Part shown: positions 1-9,865 of the stretch, piece after piece
Numbering within the stretch: the first letter of the stretch is position 1
Layout of the letters: every line of letters begins with the position of its first letter
Source of the DNA: a virus
Lineage: Duplodnaviria > Caudoviricetes
DNA: 30,108 bases
Strand: one strand, 5' to 3'
IMG/VR virus record: IMGVR_UViG_3300030095_004944
Location: 1 to 30,108 of that record
Translations under genes and position numbers: made by a program
Notes under the pieces: model-generated
Seen by the model: only the letters and a program-made list of their open reading frames with translations
Told to the model about the DNA's origin: nothing
Databases searched by the model: none

Positions 1-3000
1 CCAGAGCAAAAAAGTATTTTATTAAAAGAATATTATAAAGACACAATAGGAGATATAACTCCTGAAGAAGTAAAACCTGTGGTAGACCCTGTAGTAGACC
101 CTGAAGTAAAACCTGAAGATAGAATTAGACCTTCTATAGTAGAAGCTATATTTGCACGTGCAAAAAAATTAGCTGACGAAGATTTTAAAACAGATGCATT
201 AGTTAGAAGAGATGGAGAAAACATAGAAATAGACGATACATTTGTTGCTGGAGAAAATAGTATCTACACACCTAGTGGAGTTTTAAATAAATATAAGCCA
301 TATCAAGACACAGAAGAAATTGGAAAGAAACAAAAAAAAGAAGAAGATAAATATGGGTTTACCATAGATGACAAAAAAGGACTTAAAAAAGTTAAAGAAC
401 AAAAAGCAAATATTTCTAAGTTAAGGGCTATAGCAGGTGATTTATATTTTTTAAACTCTAAACCAAAAGATGAAAAATTATTTGCAAAAGATAAAAAACA
501 ATTAGAAAAAATTAATACAACCATTAGTCAGTTAAATAAGCCACAACAATTATATATAAACAATATAGTAAAAGAATTAAATGGATTTGAAACAAAAAGT
601 GAGCTTACACCACAAGATGCACTTAACTATAAAAATTTATACGAAAGAGTAGAAGACTTAAAAAAAGATTTATCATACACAAAAGATAAACCTGAAATTA
701 AATTAATAAAAGAACAAATAAAAGAAGCTGAAATAATAAGAGATAACTTTAAAAATGAATATTTAAAAAATGACAAATTAGACAAAGCAAAAACTAAAAA
801 ATTTTTTAAAGCAATAGAAAAACCTTTATTTGTTGGAGAAAAAGTAAAAGCAAAACCTAGAGGTAAAAAAGCAGTAGTAGAAGACATAAGTAAATCTGAT
901 ATGGTAAAAACTGTTGAAGGTTACGTAGAAGAAGCTACTGCAGGTTGGAAAAACAAACCTAAAATAAAAGTTGTAGATGGACTACCTAAAGAGTTAAGTA
1001 GATTAAAAAAAATTCAAGATATAGAGCTTGATTCTTTTTCTAAAATAAAAGGTATATTTGATTCTAAAACTGAAATTGTTTATATAGTTGCTCCTAATGT
1101 ATTAAACAAATCAGATGCAGTTAAAGTTATATTGCATGAGTCTGTAGGACATTATGGATTACGTGCCATTCTTGGCGCTAAATACGCAAGCACTATGCAA
1201 AGCATTTACGCCAATGCTGATCCTCAAATTAAAGACGCTATTAGAGTTAGAATGAAAAATGACGGCATCACCCAAAATGGAGCTGTTGAAGAAATGATAG
1301 CAGAAGCAGTAGAAAGTGGTTTTGTAGGAAGAAAACCTGCAGGAGGAACACAAGGATTTTTACAAGCGTTAAAAAACTTTTTAGAAGATGCAATTAGAAA
1401 AATAACAAAAGTTTTAAATAATAGTGGAATACCTATGTTTAAAATAAAAACAGGTGAAAAAACTTTGTTTGAAAGAAGATTGGGGTTAGAAGATGCCGTT
1501 GCTCCTTCCTTTTTTAGAGATGTAACTGTAGCAGATCTTGTTGCTAAATCAGCCGACTTTGTATTTACAGGTAGAACAAAAAGAGCAGAGGGTAAACCTC
1601 CTAGTAAAGCTGAAAGAATTATGTTTAGTAATGCTAATAGCACTTATGATGATGTACTTTTTGACGGTTTTTTAAATCGTAATATATCAAATTCAACTGG
1701 CCCAAAACCAGGATTATTAGAAACAATTACTTCAAATTTGTTTAGGCTTGAATTTTACACTGATGGAGTTAAAAGACAGTTTTTAAAGTTTAAAGTAGCT
1801 GCGATGTACAAAGGTTCTTCTGTAGAACAAAAATTAAAAAAAGAATACAACAATTTAATAAGAGATTCACTAGGTAATATTCGTCCTGATATATTTATGG
1901 TTATGGCAGAACATGCAGATACATTAGCTACTGCAGTTATGAAGTTAGGTAAATTAACTTTTAACAAAGATGTCGGTTGGCAAGCTACTGAAGGAAAGGA
2001 TTCTTTATTTGGTGTAGTACAAAAAATAGCTGATTTTGGTTTAAAAATAGGCGATGCTAAAAAAGGACAAAGAATTGTAAATGATGTATTAGTTGCTATT
2101 AGAGCTGATGATCTACGAGGAAAAGATATAATCCCTGATGAGCTTTTACCAAGTAAAGAAGCTGTAGCAGATGCAAAAAAAATATTAGCTCGTCATGAAG
2201 AAATAAAAGAAATATTTGAGGAATTTACTAGATATAAAAATGGACTTATTGATGCTATGGTGCAGGCCGGACGTATATCAAAAAGTAAAGCTGACGATTG
2301 GAAAGCCGCTGCAGGATATATACCGTGGAATAGAATAAAAGATATAGAAACATCAAAATTTAATGATCCAAAATCATTTATAAAAGAATTACAAACTAAA
2401 GATTTACGTAAATTAAAAGGAAGTAAAGACGCTGAAATAGATGATGTAATAAATAATATGGTTGGATTATCTTTTTGGATGGTAAATAGCACTGTACGTA
2501 ATCATGCGGCTGTAACTATTACAGATGCGTTTGTAAAAAATAAATTAGGTGTTGACAAAATTAGTAAGGGTGACTACGACAAAAAGTCAAACGTAGATAA
2601 AGACAGAGTTGTTACTATTTATAGAAATGGAGAGCAAGAGTTTTACGAATACGAAGATGTTCTTGATGTATATGCGTTTAAAGGACTAGAAGTTGCGAGT
2701 GGCCCTATAATAAATGTTCTTACAAGTGCTTCTAACTTTTTAAGAAAAGCAGTTACAGCTACACCTCAGTTTGCAATTAGCCAATTAATTCAAGATAGTG
2801 GTCGTGCTATGTTGTTATCTGGCACTGATAACCCCTTTAGAGTAGCAAGTGGAGTTTTAAATCCTTTAAGTTATGCGTCTGTGAGACTAAATACAGACCC
2901 AACTGTAGACCAACTTAGAAGTTATGGTATTGTGGGTTCTTATGATTTAATGCAAGGTAGGGCGCAAGAAGAAATACAAGAAGAGTTTGGGTTAAAACAA

Positions 3001-4275
3001 AAAAGCAATACTAGCAAATTTATTTCTTTCTTTGAGAATTTTTCTATAGCCTCTGATGCACAATTAAGAAAAGCTGTATTCCAACAAACTTTAGCTGAAA
3101 CTAAATCAGAAAGATTTCCCGATGGGGACGTTCTTCTTGCAAGGTATAAAGCGCAAGAAATAATTAATTTTAAACGTCAAGGTGCAAATAAATACGTAGG
3201 TATATTAAGACAAACTGTGCCTTTTTTAAATGCTTACATACAAGGTATGGGTGTTTATTTTAGGGCTATGTCTGGTACAGGTATTAGTAATTTAGAAAAA
3301 GCAAAAGCACAAAGGCAATTTTTAGCAAATGGTTTTAAGATAGCAACTTTAGCTTCTATTTATACTTTTTTAGTTAGTGGTGATGAAGAGTATGAAGGGC
3401 AAAATGAATACATAAAAGATAAAAATTTTATTATACCCGGCACTGGTCGTAAATTACCTGTAGCCCCTGAAATAGGGTTTTTGTTTAAAGTTATTCCTGA
3501 AAGAACAATAAATTATATAATTAAAGAAGGCACTAATAATCCTGAAGATGCACAAACTTTTAGGCGAAACATATCAAGAGCTTTTATAGACGCATTTAGT
3601 GGGCCGGGTTTAGCGCCACAAGGTCTTAAAACACCTGTAGAAATGGCTATGAATTACTCGTTATTTAGAGATGCTCCTATAGTTCCAAGAGGTTTAGAAA
3701 ATGTAGCCCTTAGAGAACAATTTACTACTTCTACTTCAGAGTTAGCAAAAATGATTGGGGCTTATTCTCCAGTTCCTTTAAGTCCTATACAAGTTGAATA
3801 CTTTATTAGAGGTATGGGAGGTATTGCAGGAGGGATGTTTGTAGATGCTACAAATGTTATAAGTTCTAAAGTTATGGGTAGAAGAGACTACAATTTTTAT
3901 GAATACCCAATTGTAAAAACATTTTCCTATGACAAGATACCGTCAGGACAAAAGTCAGAATACTATGAGTTTAGAGATGAAATAGATAGGGTTACTGATA
4001 CTGTTAACATTTTAATAAATCGTATGGAGCCTGAAAAACTTATTGAATATTTAGAAAAAAATAATAACCTCAAACTTTATGCTTTAGGTCAATCAGTTAG
4101 AGCAGTACAAAATGCGTTATCAACAACTCGTTCAGCTAAAAAAATTATAGACAATGACAAAGATCTTAGTCCAGAAGAAAAAAGAGATAAAAGAAATAAT
4201 TTAGATATGTTAGATAACGATTTAATATCAATTATTAATATTCCGTGGATTAAGAAAAACATATTAGAAAGATAA
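1..4275 (+). CDS. Large polyvalent/internal virion protein (zincin-like MPTase motif plus C-terminal LPD38-like domain), 5'-truncated
   Basis: Frame is open from base 1 (the track start at 79 is an internal GTG). ILHESVGHYGLR...AVEEMIAE is an HExxGH + EE motif. C-terminal YEGQNEYIKDKNFIIPG..KLPVAPEIGFLFKVIPER resembles LPD38. Confidence 0.75.
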   Translation, partial: PEQKSILLKEYYKDTIGDITPEEVKPVVDPVVDPEVKPEDRIRPSIVEAIFARAKKLADEDFKTDALVRRDGENIEIDDTFVAGENSIYTPSGVLNKYKPYQDTEEIGKKQKKEEDKYGFTIDDKKGLKKVKEQKANISKLRAIAGDLYFLNSKPKDEKLFAKDKKQLEKINTTISQLNKPQQLYINNIVKELNGFETKSELTPQDALNYKNLYERVEDLKKDLSYTKDKPEIKLIKEQIKEAEIIRDNFKNEYLKNDKLDKAKTKKFFKAIEKPLFVGEKVKAKPRGKKAVVEDISKSDMVKTVEGYVEEATAGWKNKPKIKVVDGLPKELSRLKKIQDIELDSFSKIKGIFDSKTEIVYIVAPNVLNKSDAVKVILHESVGHYGLRAILGAKYASTMQSIYANADPQIKDAIRVRMKNDGITQNGAVEEMIAEAVESGFVGRKPAGGTQGFLQALKNFLEDAIRKITKVLNNSGIPMFKIKTGEKTLFERRLGLEDAVAPSFFRDVTVADLVAKSADFVFTGRTKRAEGKPPSKAERIMFSNANSTYDDVLFDGFLNRNISNSTGPKPGLLETITSNLFRLEFYTDGVKRQFLKFKVAAMYKGSSVEQKLKKEYNNLIRDSLGNIRPDIFMVMAEHADTLATAVMKLGKLTFNKDVGWQATEGKDSLFGVVQKIADFGLKIGDAKKGQRIVNDVLVAIRADDLRGKDIIPDELLPSKEAVADAKKILARHEEIKEIFEEFTRYKNGLIDAMVQAGRISKSKADDWKAAAGYIPWNRIKDIETSKFNDPKSFIKELQTKDLRKLKGSKDAEIDDVINNMVGLSFWMVNSTVRNHAAVTITDAFVKNKLGVDKISKGDYDKKSNVDKDRVVTIYRNGEQEFYEYEDVLDVYAFKGLEVASGPIINVLTSASNFLRKAVTATPQFAISQLIQDSGRAMLLSGTDNPFRVASGVLNPLSYASVRLNTDPTVDQLRSYGIVGSYDLMQGRAQEEIQEEFGLKQKSNTSKFISFFENFSIASDAQLRKAVFQQTLAETKSERFPDGDVLLARYKAQEIINFKRQGANKYVGILRQTVPFLNAYIQGMGVYFRAMSGTGISNLEKAKAQRQFLANGFKIATLASIYTFLVSGDEEYEGQNEYIKDKNFIIPGTGRKLPVAPEIGFLFKVIPERTINYIIKEGTNNPEDAQTFRRNISRAFIDAFSGPGLAPQGLKTPVEMAMNYSLFRDAPIVPRGLENVALREQFTTSTSELAKMIGAYSPVPLSPIQVEYFIRGMGGIAGGMFVDATNVISSKVMGRRDYNFYEYPIVKTFSYDKIPSGQKSEYYEFRDEIDRVTDTVNILINRMEPEKLIEYLEKNNNLKLYALGQSVRAVQNALSTTRSAKKIIDNDKDLSPEEKRDKRNNLDMLDNDLISIINIPWIKKNILER

Positions 4276-4314
4276 AAAAATCCCCCAATACTTGTGGAGT
4301 AAGATATTGAGGGA
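4274..4314 (-). terminator. Intrinsic terminator at the convergent junction, ending the minus-strand replication operon
   Basis: Minus strand reads TCCCTCAATA...TATTGGGGGA (stem with one G-U) followed by T7. Confidence 0.7.
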
Positions 4315-4385
4315 CGGAGCGGCCTTTTAATTGCTTGGAAAAGGAAAGTTAAACCAAACAAAAGCCTGAGTGAAAATTAATTCTA

Positions 4386-4592
4386 TCATTCCAATCTCCA
4401 ACAACGCAACCCATACATATCTTTTTCTACAACTTGTTTGCATATAACCTTATATTTACGCCTTTGTGCCTCTTTATTTAAGTAATTAGCCACAGGTTTT
4501 ACGTCCAAACAAGGTATAAAAAAAGAGCTATTAACTGCAAATTTAGTCCATAGTATCTTCATCGGCAAGTTCATTATCGTCAGCATTTGCAA
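4386..4592 (-). CDS. Small phage hypothetical protein downstream of the primase-helicase
   Basis: 68 aa, overlaps the primase end; SFFIPC...GLRCWR pattern recalled from similar phage proteins; exact start uncertain. Confidence 0.65.
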   Translation of the reverse strand: MQMLTIMNLPMKILWTKFAVNSSFFIPCLDVKPVANYLNKEAQRRKYKVICKQVVEKDMYGLRCWRLE

Positions 4593-7422
4593 AAACCTCT
4601 TCGTTAAAAAAGTCTAATTTATCAGTATCAAATACTAAACAACGAACACCATCAGATGCCCCTGCTAACGTACCTGCCATCATACGTTTCTTTTTTATGC
4701 CTTTAAACGCCTTGTTTTTCTTATAAGGCACCAACGAGTCGTCATAACTTATAAAAAATCTACCACAATATTCTTGATATGCCGCATTAGATACATACAA
4801 TATCTTAGTATCAGGCTCAAAACGAGCAACTAAAGACATGCGTGGTTCTTTTATTGCTCCCATTTCTATACCTGTACGTCTGTCTATTTTGCCATTTATA
4901 ACAAGTATTCCGTGATAATACTTCTGTAAAAACCCTCCTAAAGATTCTCCTGATTCTACTAAAGAGTCTTTGTTACTCTTTCTGCTGTTTTTAACTAAAT
5001 TAACCGCATGGTCAAATACAGGCTTTATAGATATGTCATGCAGCCCTAAATTTTTAGCTATTATACCTCCAGTTAATGCTATAGCTGTGCCCGCCGACCA
5101 AAACCTCTCTGTATTTTTTATTTCCGCTGCGGTATCTATTTTCTCGTTTACCTTATTTAATAAGGCAATAACTTCTGGTAAATTCATAGCACAATATTTT
5201 ACAAATGGCTCTATGGCGTGTCCGTAATTATTATTTAATCTACCAAAATGCGTTTTAGACCACTTAGGGTTATCATATGGGTCTTGCTCTACTTTGTCCT
5301 CTAATATACGTAGTAACTCAGGTTCAGGAAAAGACTTAATAGTTAATAAAGCATCTTTTATTCTTCTATTAGATGAGGTAACTACAGGTATAGACCAAGT
5401 TGTATTGTTTTTTCTCTCCTTGTTTGCCTTTGAATCCATTCTGTTTTTGCCTCTACCTGATGTAATGTCATAAACTAACTTACCCATATCTTCAGGTTTT
5501 ATGTCTGTTAACTCATCAATAGTAGGAGTTAAACTTTGCATAGTTCCTAACCTTTGTAGCCTGTGGTTATGTGTATCTTTGTAAGATAAGATTAAGGATT
5601 TTGGGTTTCCGTAAATACTATTTATTGTATGTAAGACAGTTGACTTTCCTGTTCCTCCATCTTTAGAGAACAAGTTTAATAAAAACCCATCAAGCATACC
5701 CTCACCAACAAATTTCATTAAAGGGCCGCCAAACCCCATAAAAAAAGCAAAAGCCCTGTTAACCCTGCTTTCTTCTGCATAAGCATTGATAATATCTTTC
5801 CAAGTGTGAAAGTCTCCCTTTGGGGTAAACATAGGAACTAAAGGTAAAGTAACGATTGTAGGAGGACTATACTCAATATCTCCGGTAGATTTTATTTCTT
5901 TATCGCCTAATATAAACGCACTGTCGTCTTCTAGCCAACCAAACTGCTTTCTTGCTACTTCTGCTTTACCTTGTGCTTGTAAAGATTCTACCGATTTATT
6001 TATATATTGCATGAGAAGATCCTGTTTTTTTCCTAAAGCCGTTACACCGTGAAAAGACACGGCACTTAAAAATTTATCTTTTGCTAAAGCAGAACTTAGG
6101 GGCATTAAAAAATCTCTAACACCATCTTTTGGTAAGTGCAGTCTTAATAAAAGAACTTCTCCTTCTTCAGGATCATGTATTCTCTTGACTACATAAAAGT
6201 CATATGGGTATATACATTCGTCTTTAGGTACTTCATCACTGTTCTTTGGTATATCTGCTTTTCTATATACACCACCTACTTTACCCCTGTAGAAAGGAAA
6301 TGGGTAAGTTGGTATATTATATGTTTTTTTCTTTTCAGTGCTACTCTCAACTGCGCTAACAACATTATCTTCTTTAGATGCTTCTATAATTTCTTTACCA
6401 ATTACTATGGGAGAGGTCACTTTTAACGAACAACCTTTACACAGTTCAGGGTTTTCTTTCTTAAACCAACTACACGTATATGGCCCTTTAGTTAAAGATG
6501 CTTTCCTAAGTGCTTCTCCTTTATTGTAGTTAGGGTATTCCCTAGACATAATACTAATGGCTTTTTCTTTGTCTTCACATCTTTCTGCAATTGATAAAAT
6601 TGATCTCCACAAGGGTTCAGATAATGTTTCTTGATTCTCATAGGCATATTTAATTTGAGCGCAACCTTTATCTTTCATAGATTTAGAAAAGATTGTCTTA
6701 AACGTATTTTTGTAATTAGCTTGTAGGGCTAAAGTAGTAGCATCTAATTGACGAGGAAAGTTTTTACTTTTTAGTTCATCAAATATGGATACCTTTGCCT
6801 TTAAAATATGCTCTATAGAATCTAAATTTATACTATCTTTTTGAGATATAACCTCCACTGGTTTTGGGTTGTCAATGTCTTTAAAATTTAAAGTTTCTGG
6901 TACACGTAGTATTTGAGCAGAGTTTGCTGTGACCCCACCATCTACTAAAAACTTATGCTCCTCACACAAATCTTTTAACGCATTTGCCATAGCAATCCAT
7001 TTTAAAGATTCTATAGCTTTATTTAAAACCCAATAAACGTGAAGACCATTTCCCGAATCAACTATAAGAGTTGGCTTTGGTAATTGAGTAGTCTTACAAA
7101 ACTTCTTTAAAGCAGTTAAACCTTCTTTTTTATCTTTATATGGTTTTAGTTCTCCACAGTCTATGTCTATAAAAAAAGTTTTAAGTTCTTTAGCACATTC
7201 TTTTGTGCGATGTCCTGCATCATCATAAGACGCAAGTGCAACATAAACATCCCACTTTGTTTCTAAAAACTTATCTGTATGTGCTATTAACTCATCTAAA
7301 GTATTACAAAATTTTTGACTTGATTTTTTTCTCGTTGCTCCTGGAGCATCTTTTAAAGATACAAAACAATATGAACCTGTAGAAGGTAAAACGAAAGAAA
7401 AGAAGTCCATTTTTGATAACAT
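4543..7422 (-). CDS. DNA primase-helicase (N-terminal AEP/RepB-like primase, central Cys-containing domain, DUF927-like plus P-loop helicase)
   Basis: FFIDID, SGNGLHVYW and LRVPET primase motifs; PYTC...CKGC; Walker A GGTGKST, Walker B TIDE, SSN sensor. Confidence 0.85.
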   Translation of the reverse strand: MLSKMDFFSFVLPSTGSYCFVSLKDAPGATRKKSSQKFCNTLDELIAHTDKFLETKWDVYVALASYDDAGHRTKECAKELKTFFIDIDCGELKPYKDKKEGLTALKKFCKTTQLPKPTLIVDSGNGLHVYWVLNKAIESLKWIAMANALKDLCEEHKFLVDGGVTANSAQILRVPETLNFKDIDNPKPVEVISQKDSINLDSIEHILKAKVSIFDELKSKNFPRQLDATTLALQANYKNTFKTIFSKSMKDKGCAQIKYAYENQETLSEPLWRSILSIAERCEDKEKAISIMSREYPNYNKGEALRKASLTKGPYTCSWFKKENPELCKGCSLKVTSPIVIGKEIIEASKEDNVVSAVESSTEKKKTYNIPTYPFPFYRGKVGGVYRKADIPKNSDEVPKDECIYPYDFYVVKRIHDPEEGEVLLLRLHLPKDGVRDFLMPLSSALAKDKFLSAVSFHGVTALGKKQDLLMQYINKSVESLQAQGKAEVARKQFGWLEDDSAFILGDKEIKSTGDIEYSPPTIVTLPLVPMFTPKGDFHTWKDIINAYAEESRVNRAFAFFMGFGGPLMKFVGEGMLDGFLLNLFSKDGGTGKSTVLHTINSIYGNPKSLILSYKDTHNHRLQRLGTMQSLTPTIDELTDIKPEDMGKLVYDITSGRGKNRMDSKANKERKNNTTWSIPVVTSSNRRIKDALLTIKSFPEPELLRILEDKVEQDPYDNPKWSKTHFGRLNNNYGHAIEPFVKYCAMNLPEVIALLNKVNEKIDTAAEIKNTERFWSAGTAIALTGGIIAKNLGLHDISIKPVFDHAVNLVKNSRKSNKDSLVESGESLGGFLQKYYHGILVINGKIDRRTGIEMGAIKEPRMSLVARFEPDTKILYVSNAAYQEYCGRFFISYDDSLVPYKKNKAFKGIKKKRMMAGTLAGASDGVRCLVFDTDKLDFFNEEVFANADDNELADEDTMD

Positions 7423-7443
7423 AAAAATGTCCTTTCAGTAAAA

Positions 7444-7466
7444 TAAGGGGGTATAAAACCCCCTTA
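7444..7466 (-). terminator. Intrinsic terminator/attenuator between the HTH gene and the primase-helicase
   Basis: 9-bp stem TAAGGGGGT/ACCCCCTTA, 5-nt loop, followed by TTTT on the minus strand. Confidence 0.6.
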
Positions 7467-7697
7467 GTCCTTTAATTTACTAACTAATTTTTCTACTTTC
7501 TGTAAATGCGGTTCACAAACTTTTGTAGATCCTTTAAACCAATTGTAAACTGTCATACGTGATACTTCTAAGAACTCAGCAACATCAGTTACAGGTATAT
7601 CGTTCTTAACACACATAGACCCCAATTGGACACCTAGTAAACCTTTATCCGCACCCTCGATTGTATCTATAAAGTTTTTTGAATAACCTTTTGACAT
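7464..7697 (-). CDS. XRE/Cro-like helix-turn-helix protein
   Basis: IPVTDVAEFLEVSRMTVYNWFKG HTH signature. Confidence 0.85.
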   Translation of the reverse strand: MSKGYSKNFIDTIEGADKGLLGVQLGSMCVKNDIPVTDVAEFLEVSRMTVYNWFKGSTKVCEPHLQKVEKLVSKLKD

Positions 7698-7700
7698 ATA

Positions 7701-8705
7701 TCACTCCTCGTCATCATCCCACTCGTCCAAGATTTTACCTAAATCTTTTTTAGGAGCAGGTGCTTCTTCTTTTTTAGTTTTAACTTTTTTAGGTTCTTTT
7801 ACTGGCTTAGTAAGTTCTTTTACTTCAACATCTTCAACATCTTCTGCAACATCAACATCTACAGTCGTGCTATCAGAACTCTTAGAAGATTGAGAAAGAA
7901 CCCAATTGTTGTAAGAATTTACCCACTCGTTAAAGTCGTTAAATGTTGTCTGATCTTCTTTACTCAAGTCAAACAAATTCTCAGTGTCAATAGATACTTT
8001 AGGCAAGTAAAATTTAATCCCACTAGGAACTGATTTTTCTTCAGTGCTTAGTTTCAATTCGCATTGAGGAAGAATAAGATTTTTTGTAACCATTTTATTA
8101 ATAGGAACACCCAATGTTTTAAAAGCATCTCTATTATCTACTTCCCATACAAAAGGAATAGGTTCTACAACAGATACTGTTTCGCCTTTTTCATTAGTAG
8201 CTTGATTAAAAGTTGCCAACCCAAAAAGCACTCTAACTCTCTTAATGCTTTTCATTAAGTCTTTTGTTTCCTGCGGTAAGCTATCAAAGTCTTCTATGTA
8301 CTTACTAGATCGACCACAGTTAACACCACCATCTGTATCTTGTAAATCAGATTTTAAATCTAAACCCATAACTGATTTAACGTAACGTCCAGACTCTCCA
8401 TCTCTTACATACCTTTTGTACATAAACCTTTGGTTAAATAATCTTATAGAAAGGTTTTCTTGATATATTTTTGAGCCATCAGTATCAAGACGCTCTAGGC
8501 AAAATTGTCCTGCTTCTACTACTTGATAAGGTACATTCTGTTTACCTTTTATAGTAGCTGTTCCTTCAACACCCTTGTGGTCTATTTTTAATCGTGGCAA
8601 TGTACTGCCTTGTTTTTTTGCAGTTGCATCAGCACTCATACCCATAGCTTTTGCTAAAGCATTTAGATCACTCTCGCTGACGTTGGTTAAAGATAGGTTT
8701 GACAT
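7701..8705 (-). CDS. Putative single-stranded DNA-binding protein with acidic C-terminal tail
   Basis: Located in the replication module; long charged linker ending ILDEWDDDEE; AGGAG Shine-Dalgarno (SD) upstream. Confidence 0.6.
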   Translation of the reverse strand: MSNLSLTNVSESDLNALAKAMGMSADATAKKQGSTLPRLKIDHKGVEGTATIKGKQNVPYQVVEAGQFCLERLDTDGSKIYQENLSIRLFNQRFMYKRYVRDGESGRYVKSVMGLDLKSDLQDTDGGVNCGRSSKYIEDFDSLPQETKDLMKSIKRVRVLFGLATFNQATNEKGETVSVVEPIPFVWEVDNRDAFKTLGVPINKMVTKNLILPQCELKLSTEEKSVPSGIKFYLPKVSIDTENLFDLSKEDQTTFNDFNEWVNSYNNWVLSQSSKSSDSTTVDVDVAEDVEDVEVKELTKPVKEPKKVKTKKEEAPAPKKDLGKILDEWDDDEE

Positions 8706-8720
8706 AAAGTTCTCCTTTTA

Positions 8721-9413
8721 TTAAATGTCAGATGACATGCCCATTACATGCACCAAGTTAGAAAAATTGTTTTTATTTGTTATATCTAAATCTGATTCAT
8801 CAAAAGATGTTTTGAAAGATACGTTAATTGCTTTTTTTACTAATGCAGAATCTGCTTGTTTTAATGCTTCATCAAACTCCTTATCCTCTAAAATACGCAC
8901 TGGTTGAAAAGTTATACGAGTGCCATAATCGTCTGAGTTTAAACACATCTCCGTTACAACTGATGTTATGGGAGCGCCATTTTCAGCTATTTTTTTGCAG
9001 TATATTTGTAAAGGCCATTTCTTTACTGTACCCTGCCCAAATATAGATTTAGATGGTATGTTTAACTGATAGATATGCCCACCAATATCACTTTCTAAAA
9101 CTACAGCAATACGTTGTTGAAACTTACATGCACGACTGTTCCCTGCACCGGAACCTTTAATATTTTGACTGCATGTGACACATGTATCTGCTTGAATCTT
9201 GTCAGAGGACTCATGCGGTTTAACACCATCAATCGAATAACAATCAGGTTTTCTATAATTATTTTCATCATATTTACCTGTGTAATAAATTCTTGATATG
9301 TGTTCAGCCGCACCTACAATCACTACATTTAGTGTAGCTTTATCCTCACGATCAATTTCTCTCCCATCAGAGAGAAACCGCCACATGTTATTTTGAATAC
9401 TTATTCTTTTCAT
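8721..9413 (-). CDS. Putative Cys-containing (Zn-binding) ssDNA-binding/annealing protein
   Basis: PDCYS.DG..P...CVTC...GSG..SRACK pattern recalled from phage SSB-like proteins; replication context. Confidence 0.55.
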   Translation of the reverse strand: MKRISIQNNMWRFLSDGREIDREDKATLNVVIVGAAEHISRIYYTGKYDENNYRKPDCYSIDGVKPHESSDKIQADTCVTCSQNIKGSGAGNSRACKFQQRIAVVLESDIGGHIYQLNIPSKSIFGQGTVKKWPLQIYCKKIAENGAPITSVVTEMCLNSDDYGTRITFQPVRILEDKEFDEALKQADSALVKKAINVSFKTSFDESDLDITNKNNFSNLVHVMGMSSDI

Positions 9414-9800
9414 TTATGATTTTCTACGCACAGTTACTGCATATTTACTGTCTACGTTTAATCCCGGAGGTAGTTTGTCAGGGTTTTCTTCAAGATAAGT
9501 TGACATATTGCCTTGTGCTATTCGTTTTTCTAACAAGTCTAATTGATCGTTGTCTTTAACAAACTCATACATAGAGTTCCAATCCGTTGTCCAATATCTT
9601 TTAGAAACTCTCCTAGACACAGTGCCAAATTCAGTACGTAAACTATCTGCACCTGTTTCTTTGCATACGTCTAAAAGAGCCGTCTCAACTTCTTTTAGAG
9701 TGTCTTTCAAATACTCATCTTTCTTATCGTATTCGATTTGTAACTCCTTACGTTTATCCCTTATTTTTAGATAAACCTTGACCAATTTATCTACTTTCAT
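9414..9800 (-). CDS. Conserved phage coiled-coil protein (Gp157/Gam-like)
   Basis: N-terminal coiled coil, then RTEFGTV..., DW..., LLEKRI..., PPGLNV; own promoter upstream. Confidence 0.55.
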   Translation of the reverse strand: MKVDKLVKVYLKIRDKRKELQIEYDKKDEYLKDTLKEVETALLDVCKETGADSLRTEFGTVSRRVSKRYWTTDWNSMYEFVKDNDQLDLLEKRIAQGNMSTYLEENPDKLPPGLNVDSKYAVTVRRKS

Positions 9801-9837
9801 TTCTTCCCCTTATTAGTATTAAATATCACTATTAATT

Positions 9838-9865
9838 ATTATAAGTAAATCTTTTACAATGTCAA
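9838..9865 (-). promoter_or_regulatory. sigma70-type promoter
   Basis: Minus strand TTGACA-16 nt-TATAAT in the gap upstream of 9800. Confidence 0.7.

Noticed and set aside
61-120. Short repeats GTAGACCCT and GAAGTAAAACCT
   Set aside because: Low-complexity Pro/Glu/Val linker coding sequence within the large protein.
33-4361. Minus-strand ORFs inside the giant plus-strand gene, and plus-strand ORFs inside the minus-strand operon elsewhere
   Set aside because: Antisense shadow frames with biased composition and no SD or motifs.
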